From assembly GCF_001194135.2 (NCBI RefSeq), contig NC_068991.1, positions 31,418,747-31,451,158 on the forward strand: a DNA stretch of 32,412 bases, read 5' to 3'. Positions within the stretch are counted from its first letter, which is position 1. The number at the start of each line of letters is the position of its first letter. Positions 22,711 through 32,412 of this stretch are shown here, piece by piece. The position numbers were made by a program, and so were the translations under genes. Source of the DNA: Octopus bimaculoides. Lineage: Eukaryota. Under the pieces are notes generated by a model. The model searched no databases and had not been told where the DNA came from. It was given only the letters and a program-made list of their open reading frames with translations.

Positions 22711-22791
22711 CAATGACGAACGGAGTCGATCTAATCGACTGGCCCCCACCCCAAAAATTTTCGGGCCTTGTTCCTAGAGTAAAAAAGAATA
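22711..22791 (+). mobile_element. SINE family B-like 3' end
   Basis: GGAGTCGATCTAATCGACT..CCCC..AAATTTTCGGGCCTTGT similar to 7419-7470. Confidence 0.55.
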
Positions 22792-22792
22792 T

Positions 22793-22923
22793 CTTTTGCC
22801 TCATTCTCCTTACTCACCTGATATTGCTCCATCTGACATATCTTTTTTAGATCGTTGCAACATTGTTTTCGAAATAAAACAGTTAAGTGTGAAGAGCTAT
22901 AAATCAAAGTGAATAAGTACTGG
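22793..22923 (+). mobile_element. Short mariner fragment
   Basis: LLPHSPYSPDIAPSD..RSLQH (YSPDLAP motif). Confidence 0.75.
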
Positions 22924-22953
22924 AGAGAAAAATAATAATAATAATAATAAATG

Positions 22954-23185
22954 AATTATGTGGAAATATTATTTCATATATTCTCTCACTCATAAGAAAA
23001 TGACCTTGCCTAATAATAATAAAGCTAAAGAAAAAAAGATTATAAACCCTGAGTAGTTCTCTCCCCTTGAGTGAAAATACTCCCTCCCTTCTATTTCTTA
23101 AACTCTATTTCTTTCCGTCTCTTACTCCGAAAGCAACCATAGGTGGCATCACCAACAGTTGCCAGTCAAAATCCCCACATGTGTT
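22954..23185 (+). repeat. ~232-bp direct repeat, copy 1 (copy 2 at 24685-24916)
   Basis: GGAAATATTATTTCATATA..AAGAAAATGACCT..CCGTCTCTTACTCCGA..CATAGGTGGC..GCCAGTCAAAAT in both copies, roughly 80% identical by eye. Confidence 0.9.
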
Positions 23186-23433
23186 AAACGATGGTTGAAT
23201 TCTGAATGTCACATACAAAACTGATGCCATGGTGAGATGAAACATATTGGAAATTGATCCCAAGTCATTCCGACGTGATAAGCAACATGGAAATACGACC
23301 AAAGATCCCGCATTTGCACCCGAGCAAAACACAGAGGGGCTTGTATGTAGTTTGTAAAGAAAACGGTAATCGAGTCTACATGAAGAACTATAAAATAATG
23401 CGAGTAAGTACTGAAGAAATAATAATAATGATA

Positions 23434-23499
<66 letters not shown>

Positions 23500-24100
23500 G
23501 TGAGAANNNNNNNNNNNNNNNNNNNNNNNNNNNNNNNNNNNNNNNNNNNNNNNNNNNNNNNNNNNNNNNNNNNNNNNNNNNNNNNNNNNNNNNNNNNNNN
23601 NNNNNNNNNNNNNNNNNNNNNNNNNNNNNNNNNNNNNNNNNNNNNNNNNNNNNNNNNNNNNNNNNNNNNNNNNNNNNNNNNNNNNNNNNNNNNNNNNNNN
23701 NNNNNNNNNNNNNNNNNNNNNNNNNNNNNNNNNNNNNNNNNNNNNNNNNNNNNNNNNNNNNNNNNNNNNNNNNNNNNNNNNNNNNNNNNNNNNNNNNNNN
23801 NNNNNNNNNNNNNNNNNNNNNNNNNNNNNNNNNNNNNNNNNNNNNNNNNNNNNNNNNNNNNNNNNNNNNNNNNNNNNNNNNNNNNNNNNNNNNNNNNNNN
23901 NNNNNNNNNNNNNNNNNNNNNNNNNNNNNNNNNNNNNNNNNNNNNNNNNNNNNNNNNNNNNNNNNNNNNNNNNNNNNNNNNNNNNNNNNNNNNNNNNNNN
24001 NNNNNNNNNNNNNNNNNNNNNNNNNNNNNNNNNNNNNNNNNNNNNNNNNNNNNNNNNNNNNNNNNNNNNNNNNNNNNNNNNNNNNNNNNNNNNNNNNNNT

Positions 24101-24332
<232 letters not shown>

Positions 24333-24684
24333 GTGAGAAATAAAACAAGATCCTTCAAAGACTCCCAGAATGAAATCCTAAACACGTAAGAGATTCTCCC
24401 TCTTTCTATCATTCAATCTCTTTCTTTCTTTGCCTCTCCTCCACTGTTAAAAGTAAAGAAAATAGAAAATATCTATCGTAATTTTGATTTTGAATGACTC
24501 TGGGCTTTCATTGCCCCGCCTCTATCTCTTCACATTTTTTCTCTATTAAGAGAGTAAGAAAGACAAAAAGAAAATAACAGTTCCTAACTGTTTTAATCCC
24601 AAGTTATGTTGCATTGATAAGCTCCAATGAGAACGAAATAGCATTATCCGCAGCTACTTGAACACTCTAAATAAGGAAAGAATT

Positions 24685-25102
24685 AATTACATGGAAATAT
24701 TATTTCATATATCCACGCACGCATAAGAAAATGACCTCGCCTAATAATAAAGCTAAAGAAAAACAAAAGATTATAATCCCTGAGCGGTTTTCTCCCCTAG
24801 AGGGAAAATTCTACTACCCTTCTATTTCTCAGCAAACTCTCTTTCTCTCCGTCTCTTACTCCGATACAACCATAGGTGGCGCCACCAACAGTCGCCAGTC
24901 AAAATTCTCACGTGTTGAGTGTTTCTTCGCTTCAACCCTGAGGAATTTTATGCCTGAGAGATGAACGATTTACAAATCAGATGGGATTATGGTATCAATA
25001 ATGAGGAGAAATCTCTTGATTAAGTACATCAATTAAGATCAAAGAAAGATTTGTTCCTTATTCCGTCTTCAAATGTGACAGAACTTTCTTTACAACATAA
25101 TA
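24685..25102 (+). mobile_element. Direct-repeat copy 2 fused to a mariner 3' end and TIR (possible deletion derivative starting near 24604)
   Basis: 24917-25020 ECFFAS..EEFYA..RWDY matches 22115-22220 (minus strand); end CAACATAA-TA is reverse-complementary to TTATGTTG at 24604. Confidence 0.7.
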
Positions 25103-25170
25103 TAACAATTTACATGATTATATGTATACGTGCCTCTGCAAGTACATGGAGACATGCAATGGTATTAAAT

Positions 25171-25335
25171 ATATTTATAGGGAGAATTCACAAAAAAACA
25201 ACGACAAAAGACGACGACATGTGGTGTAGACAACAAACGGATGTATTAATATAACACTCGGGAAGTGGAAAAGTCTTTAACGTTTCGAGCCTACGCTCTT
25301 CCATACAAAGGAACACAGAAATAAACAGGGAGAAG
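25171..25335 (-). mobile_element. PLE-type terminal fragment with a hammerhead-like motif
   Basis: Homologous to 31930-32080; minus strand GAAGAGCGTAGGCTCGAAACGTTAAAGA. Confidence 0.7.
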
Positions 25336-26667
25336 GTCGTCAAGTATGAAATTTGTAGTGACGTATATGGAACAGCTGCTCGTTTTGCGCCATTATTATA
25401 TTTTGACAATCCTTATTTTTTGTTAGAAAGCTGACACATCTATTTCTTTATTCTAACTCATTTTACACTTTATAAAGTATTTATAAATCGTTTTTTGCTA
25501 TTTTTGTTTAGAGATGGATAAGTCGGAAATTCGTACAGTTTCGAAATAAGAGTTCTTTCTTGGAAATACAGCATCACAGACAGCTCGGAATATTAATGGA
25601 GTATTTCATTCTAATATTATTACACAGCAGACAGTAGCAAATTGGTTTGCAAAATTTCGTTCTGGTAACTTTGACCTTACAAATGAGCAACGCGGTTGAC
25701 CAGAAACAAAGGTGGATAATGANNNNNNNNNNNNNNNNNNNNNNNNNNNNNNNNNNNNNNNNNNNNNNNNNNNNNNNNNNNNNNNNNNNNNNNNNNNNNN
25801 NNNNNNNNNNNNNNNNNNNNNNNNNNNNNNNNNNNNNNNNNNNNNNNNNNNNNNNNNNNNNNNNNNNNNNNNNNNNNNNNNNNNNNNNNNNNNNNNNNNN
25901 NNNNNNNNNNNNNNNNNNNNNNNNNNNNNNNNNNNNNNNNNNNNNNNNNNNNNNNNNNNNNNNNNNNNNNNNNNNNNNNNNNNNNNNNTATTCTACTTTC
26001 TCGTCACAAAAATGAATCATTTTTAAATTGAATCGAATTGTAACATGTGATGAGAGATGAATCTAATATAACCGTAAACGTTCAGCACAATGGTTGGACA
26101 AAGACGAGTCACCAAAGCACAATCCAACATGGTGCATGTTTAGTGGTCTGGCGCAGGTGTGATCCATTATGATTTCATTAAACCTGGCTCATCAATCACG
26201 GCCGAAGTATATAGCAGCCAACTGGACCAAACGTTGCAGAAACTTACAAAAAAACAGTCTAGATTAGTCAACAGATCCACTCCTATTTTATTGCAAGACA
26301 ACGCCAGACCACACATCGCAAAAATGACATTGGCGAATCTACAGGAGTTGGAGTTGAAAGTTCTCCATCATCTACCATACTCACCTGATCTTGCCCCCGC
26401 TGACGACCGCTTCTTCCAGAATTTGGATAACTTTGATAGGAAAAAATTTTTATTCCGATAATGTTGTAAAACAGGTCTTCCAAGATTTTATTGACGCTAG
26501 ATTGCCAGGTTTTTACAGTTCCGGCTGGACAAGTTACCGCTGAAATGGCAAAAGTGTATTGACAATATGGGTGCATACTTTGATGAATAAAACTATTCCT
26601 TGTATTTATAAAACATTAGTAAACCTTTTTTTTCTTTTCTACAAATTTCATACTTGACGACACCTAA
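25336..26667 (+). mobile_element. Near full-length mariner (cecropia/Hsmar1-like DD34D), inactivated, interrupted by an assembly gap
   Basis: MDKSEIR..TARNIN..WFAKFRSGNFDL; IVTCDE; LLQDNARPH; YSPDLAPAD; KWQKCIDNMGAYFDE*; 23-bp perfect TIR match 25336-25358 vs 26639-26661; right end CCTAA-TA; stops and frameshifts. Confidence 0.95.
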
Positions 26668-26677
26668 TATATAGATA

Positions 26678-26678
26678 A

Positions 26679-26713
<35 letters not shown>

Positions 26714-26714
26714 T

Positions 26715-26785
<71 letters not shown>
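26678..26785. repeat. (GACA)n(GATA)n microsatellite
   Basis: Direct reading. Confidence 0.95.
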
Positions 26786-26786
<1 letters not shown>

Positions 26787-27138
26787 TCGAACAAGTCTAC
26801 CCTAGGACTTATTCTTTGTAAGCCTAGTACTTATTCTATCGGTCTCTTTTGCCGAACCGCTAGTTTACGGGACGTAAACACACCAACATCGATTGTCAAG
26901 CGCTGGTGGGGGGACAAACACAGACATACAAATATATACATACATTTGTATATATATATATATATATATATATACGACGGGTTTCTTTCAGTTTCCCTCT
27001 ACCAGATTCACTCACAAGGTTTTAGTCGGCCCGACGCTATAGTAGAATACATTTGCCCAAGGTGCTACGTAGTGAGACTGAACCCAGAAGCACGTGGTTG
27101 GGGATCAAGCTTCTTACCACACAGCCACACCTTCGCCT
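26785..27138 (-). mobile_element. SINE family A, near complete, with internal (TA)n
   Basis: Reverse complement shows head, CORE (CCTTGGGCAAATGT), microsatellite and 3' domain GACCGATAGAATAAGTACT. Confidence 0.9.
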
Positions 27139-28389
27139 ATATATGTGTGTGTGTGAGTGTGTGTGCATGTGCATGTATGTGTGTGTATTTGCATATATAC
27201 GTATGCATATATGCACATACACTCATACTAGTACACACACATATAAACATACATAGGTAGGTAAATATATCTATATATAGAGAGAAATATACACACATAT
27301 AAAACCTAAACCATCGTCCTAGCTACAAAAATGCACATTTATAAATATTTACTAAACTATTGAAAGTGATAGACATTGATATATAGAAACCATGAATATA
27401 TATGTGTGTATGTGTGTGTATACATATATATACATACATACATTCATATATATGTATTCTCTCTCTCTCTCTCTCTCTCTCTCNNNNNNNNNNNNNNNNN
27501 NNNNNNNNNNNNNNNNNNNNNNNNNNNNNNNNNNNNNNNNNNNNNNNNNNNNNNNNNNNNNNNNNNNNNNNNNNNNNNNNNNNNNNNNNNNNNNNNNNNN
27601 NNNNNNNNNNNNNNNNNNNNNNNNNNNNNNNNNNNNNNNNNNNNNNNNNNNNNNNNNNNNNNNNNNNNNNNNNNNNNNNNNNNNNNNNNNNNNNNNNNNN
27701 NNNNNNNNNNNNNNNNNNNNNNNNNNNNNNNNNNNNNNNNNNNNNNNNNNNNNNNNNNNNNNNNNNNNNNNNNNNNNNNNNNNNNNNNNNNNNNNNNNNN
27801 NNNNNNNNNNNNNNNNNNNNNNNNNNNNNNNNNNNNNNNNNNNNNNNNNNNNNNNNNNNNNNNNNNNNNNNNNNNNNNNNNNNNNNNNNNNNNNNNNNNN
27901 NNNNNNNNNNNNNNNNNNNNNNNNNNNNNNNNNNNNNNNNNNNNNNNNNNNNNNNNNNNNNNNNNNNNNNNNNNNNNNNNNNNNNNNNNNNNNNNNNNNA
28001 TGTATATATATATACATACAGTAAGGTCTGTATATACAAACATAACTATTGCCGGAGCCCTGTTCGTTACATGAGTAACTGAAATACATTTATATCGGGG
28101 TAATTTCTTCTAAGCCACACTCCCCGGAAAGGCGTAAATTGATGTTATCTCTGTTTAAACCCATAAATATATACAAATATGTGCGTAAATATATGTGTGT
28201 CTGTGTCTGTGTGAGGACGTGCGTGCATATGTGTGTATGTCTGTCGAGTATCTGTCGATCTACGGTTATGTTTTTAGCAAAAATATAAGAAATATTGTAT
28301 ATATATTTTCGGATATATGTGAAAATTTACAAGCTACAGGAGATGTATAGACAGAAGTAAACGAACCATTTATACACGCGCTCCCAGCC

Positions 28390-29010
28390 ACTTATTTGCG
28401 TGCCACCCTTCACACATCAAACAGAATATTCCATATAGTATGGCAAGGTGTATCTGTGCAATAATTGTTGATTCGGAAATACATGAAATTCGGCTCAATG
28501 AACTCAAAGGCTTCCCCCAACAACAACAAAAAAAAAAGAACTACCCCTTGAAATAGATAAATGATGGAACTACAAAGGCAATGTCCATCCTGCAGCTGAG
28601 AGCACCCAAGAAAAAATTAACGAAAATACTATTCCATTTATCAGTAGACATAATCCAGGAGTGACCAACATTTTCCACGCTATAGAAAACAAAACTTACA
28701 ATACCCTTCGAGACCCCAAAATGAAAAATCTGGTTGAAGAAAACCTGATACAAAACAGTAAACGTCAACCAAAAGACCTTATAAAACATCTCATGTGGAC
28801 AAAAGTCACATCAGAGGATAAATTCAGAATCTTCCGTGAAGGACTGTGGGGATAATAGATGTAGAACATATAACAAAGTTAAAATATTGGGACACTGGTT
28901 TCTATATAAAAATTTGAAAGTAATTGCAGATATGAATTGCAAATTACAGAATCCCATATACTTCACAACTTGCCTTCATTGCAAAGAGAATTGTATTGGC
29001 GAACCGATCA
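28390..29010 (+). mobile_element. Penelope-like element: thumb, linker and start of the GIY-YIG endonuclease, pseudogenised
   Basis: CHPSHIKQNIPYSMARCIC..RLNELK..NYP..IPFISRHNPG..SKRQPKDL..CGDNRCRT..NCKLQNPIYFTTCLHCKENCIGE. Confidence 0.9.
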
Positions 29011-29631
29011 ATTCCCTTTACCAAAGTTCGCGCCACCATTCTCTCTCCAGGTTAATTATTCGCCCAAGCTATTTTCAAAACCCGAAGCTCCAATTTCTGA
29101 CCACAACATAATAATTTAATAAATCTTCAATTAAAATCTCCTATTCTACAACAACAAACTTGAGAGCTTTAATCGCATCCTCCAATAGGCGCAAACTAAG
29201 CTGCTTCATACTGGCCCATAACATCTATCCATCTCGACTCCACTCCAAACCACATGATGATAATACTATAACCCTCAGGAAGCCTACCCACTTTAATAGT
29301 AGCAACCTTAGTACTACCATCCCCACTACTAGCAACTGGACCACATACCCAACATAATTAATGATAAACTTTTTGGTCCTTCTTTGAGGATAACTGATCT
29401 AATGAACCAGACCGGATTAAGGATCACTCCTAAACTAGTAAGAAATCCTTAAATTTCCGGGCCCCCTAACTTTATCTGTTGGATAGTTTTTTACTATAAT
29501 ATAATGTAGTATATAAATGCCGGTTAATATCACCATGTTCCCACCAGGTTAGGGTCTACATTGGCGGCACTGTTGATTTCAAGGGCCGCTACTGATTCAC
29601 ATGAATTCGATTCCAAAACAAGTCTCTAGAC

Positions 29632-30170
29632 CAGTGTTTTCTAACTTCCCCGCCCCCCAGGCCCCACGATAAATTTCCAGAAAAATGTATGCTCCCACCA
29701 GTGATTGAAACCAAATAACTTTATTTTCACTATTTTATCAAAATTATTTAATGCAAAAGAATCTACCGGAAACTCTTTTATTACTGATTACAAAGGAAAG
29801 TTCATAATTGACTACGAAAAGAAGAGTGAATGAAACACTTTAATGAGAACTTTGTGCCGGACGCTTACGGCAGGTTTCCTTGCTTTGAGGAGACAATTTT
29901 GTTAGCTTCTGCAGTAAATCACCACATTTTGTAATTTCAAGTCTGCGTCTCAAGGCTCGAAGCAAATGGTCAACGACACTAAAGCCACACTCAACGAAAC
30001 AAGACCTGGGGAAATGAATCAAATTTTTTTTGCTGAACTTTGGTGATATCTACTAGCAATGGTTGAGTTAACCAAGAGGTTGTGAAAATAATTTTTTTTC
30101 ACAATTGCATGTCTCCCTAAAAATTAAAAAAGAAGATTTTGGATCTCATGCCCCACGTTGAGAATCACTG
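29632..30170 (-). mobile_element. hAT (Buster/Charlie-type) deletion derivative, 539 bp
   Basis: TIRs CAGTGTTTTCTAAC / GTTGAGAATCACTG; 8-bp TSD CTCTAGAC / TTCTAGAC (nnnTAnnn); dimerisation-domain remnant FPRSCFVECGFSVV..GDLLQKLTKL..AQSSH*. Confidence 0.92.
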
Positions 30171-30533
30171 TTCTAGACTTCCCACCTTCCCCTAACTATA
30201 TACATACCGAACCTCAAGTCTCGAAATATTTCCTATATTTTCCTATATTTTATCCTACTCCATTGTTTGTGAGATTTCCCTGTACAATACTAACCACATG
30301 TTTATTAATTGTGTTTAAGAGAGTCACTCGCTATCCTTCGTGACCGTAACACCTCATTATTCAATAGGATATCTCACGTAATCTTTTCATGTAGGCACAA
30401 ATTATACTCCATTTTCAGCCATTATGCAAAGTCTCTAGAGTCTCTCCCAATTATGATTAATCCCCAGCTTATTACTTAGCTATGCTGGTAGCATATTCCT
30501 TCTTTTTATCTTTCTCTCTCTCCCTCTCTCTCT

Positions 30534-30570
<37 letters not shown>

Positions 30571-30699
30571 TTCTCTATTCTCTTTGTTCTTATCTCCATA
30601 TCTCAATATATCTTCCTCAGCCGTTACATTACACTTATTCCTTGAATTCTTTTCTTGCTTCTTTCCCTGTTTTTGCATAACCAGCTTCCATTCTTAATT

Positions 30700-31300
30700 C
30701 ACTCAAAGTCTACTCCTCACCATTCTTCTCATACCTTCCTCCCTACCTCAGCAGCCTTTCCCCTCCGCTAACCAGTAATCATCGATAATTGATTTAAGGT
30801 GATTAGCAACATCCCTGACCACCAGTGGCGCCTCCTTTCACAATACTGAACTTATCTTACCCCTTCCGACTCATCTCTTTTACTTCTATTCACTCCTCCG
30901 GTTACTGACTTCCCCTCCCTCTCCCCGCCTTGTATTTATTCCTGCTCTTCTTCTATTTCTCTACTCCCCCTCCCTAAGCTGCTTACACCCTCCCTCTCCC
31001 TGCCTTTTATTCTTTTCTCCCTTTTCTCCCCTCAACTTTTAAATCTCACGCACTACAATTTGAACTGCTTTGCCAATGCTTTTTCTCCTGATGAAGGAAG
31101 CAGTTCTTATGATAATATTACTATTTGACCATTTACTGGCTGCATATCCATGACATTTTGCATATTCTATCCATTAATTATGAAAATTCCGATTATTAGG
31201 TCATTCCAAACTTCCAGAAACAGCTGTCGAGGTAAAAACTATGCATTCTCTCCTTACTAATCTGAATTTTTTTTCCTCTATGTAATTTTTTTTGTCTATA
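30700..31300 (+). mobile_element. Pyrimidine-rich PLE-like 3' region ending in a hammerhead motif
   Basis: C/T-rich tract, then CTC-CTGATGA-AGGAAG ... CTTCC-AGAAAC-AGCT-GTC-GAG; the left boundary is a guess. Confidence 0.5.
31078..31239 (+). ncRNA. Type I hammerhead ribozyme-like motif with a 110-nt loop II
   Basis: Core CTGATGA 31088-31094; stem II GGAAG/CTTCC; GAAAC-AGCT-GTC 31217-31228; stem I CTC/GAG; activity untested. Confidence 0.55.
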
Positions 31301-31356
31301 TATATATACAAATATCTATATGACTTTACATATATATTTACCTTCAGATTTAGAAA

Positions 31357-31594
31357 GGAGTGGTTGTGTGGTAAGTAGCTAGGCGCAGGAGTAGCAGTGT
31401 GGTAAGTAGCTAGGCGCAGGAGTGGCTGTTTGGTAAGTAGCTTGCTTACCAACCACATGGTTCCGGGTTCATTCCCACTGCCTGGCACCTTGGGCAAGTG
31501 TCTTCTGCTATAGACTCAGGCCGATCAAAGCCTTGTGAGTGGATTTGGTGGACGGAGGCTAAAGGAGGCACGTCGTATATATGTATATATATAT

Positions 31595-31653
<59 letters not shown>

Positions 31654-31860
31654 TGTGTGTGTGTCAGTGTTTGTCTCCCCAACATCACTTGACAACCGAT
31701 GGTGGTGTGCTTATGTCCACGTAACCTAGCGCTTTGGCAAAAGAGACCGATAGAATAAGTAATAGGCTTACAAAAAATCGATTTGCTAGCCTAAAGGCGG
31801 TGCTCCAGCATGGCCGCAGTCAAATGACTGAAACAAGTAAAAGAGTAAAAGAGTAAAGAG
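31357..31860 (+). mobile_element. SINE family A, complete, with a triplicated 31-bp 5' head and internal (GATA)n
   Basis: Three tandem GGAGTRGYWGTKTGGTAAGTAGCT units; CORE CCTTGGGCAAGT; 3' GAAACAAGTAAAAGAGTAAAAGAG. Confidence 0.92.
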
Positions 31861-31929
31861 TTATATGTATCATTATATATCACTATATACATCGATGTGT
31901 ATCTAGAGGTTTATATATATATATATATA

Positions 31930-32125
31930 TAGGAGAACTTACGAAAAAAACAACAGACGAGGACAGGTGGTGTAAACAACAAAAGGATGTATTAGTTTAA
32001 CGGTCGGGAATATAGAAAGTCTTTAACGTTTCGAACTACGCTCTTCAACAGAAAGAAATAGGGAGAAAAACAAGGAGAAAAAACAAGAAAAAAATTTTAA
32101 ATGTGGTGTCAGCGATCTATCAAAC
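31930..32125 (-). mobile_element. PLE-type terminal fragment with a hammerhead-like motif
   Basis: Minus strand TCTTT-CTGTTGA-AGAGCGTAGTTC-GAAACGTT-AAAGA; homologous to 25171-25335. Confidence 0.7.
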
Positions 32126-32194
32126 CAAATCGTGTTTATATGAATCACTATTTCAATATAATGCACGTACGTACATATCGCCGTGTATGCATTT

Positions 32195-32315
32195 GTACCC
32201 AACACTAGTGTCGGTTTATTTCAGTCCCTGTAACCTAGTGGATCAGCATAAGATCGATAGAATAAGTACCAGACTTTAAAACAATTAAATACTTGAGTTG
32301 AATCGTTTGTCTGTA
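32195..32315 (+). mobile_element. Decayed SINE family A 3' domain
   Basis: GTAACCTAGTGGATCAGCATAAGATCGATAGAATAAGTACC aligns to 31720-31765. Confidence 0.65.
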
Positions 32316-32361
32316 AATATGTATATATCTTTTTTTACGTGTATATTTTTATGTGTATATA

Positions 32362-32412
<51 letters not shown>

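Noticed and set aside
31357-31450. Regular 31-bp repeats as a CRISPR-like array
   Set aside because: Contiguous tandem units without spacers, inside a eukaryotic SINE head.

Overview
AT-rich, non-coding eukaryotic DNA, about 3.1 kb of it N in eight assembly gaps, most of which abut microsatellites. I recognise no host protein-coding gene; nearly all supplied ORFs are microsatellite or N artefacts. The SINE, microsatellite and transposon mix looks like an octopus (coleoid cephalopod) intron or intergenic region, which is an inference from repeat style. Contents: decayed tRNA-derived SINEs of at least 3 families; an RTE LINE fragment; about 7 Tc1/mariner relics, including a near full-length mariner at 25336-26667; a 751-bp TA-flanked MITE; a Buster-type hAT deletion derivative with an 8-bp TSD; and several Penelope-like element (PLE) relics covering RT, thumb, GIY-YIG and terminal regions. 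Most notable: (1) five hammerhead-ribozyme-like motifs on PLE ends, one with an intact core split by a 110-nt loop and one just downstream of a tRNA-like Pol III segment; (2) two neighbouring DNA transposons with unrelated TIRs that both carry RFX X-box motifs; (3) a ~107-bp-arm fold-back palindrome; (4) an (ATT)n-embedded element with signs of a heterozygous insertion; (5) an internally inverted mariner. I cannot support a new multi-gene system; these are checkable leads.
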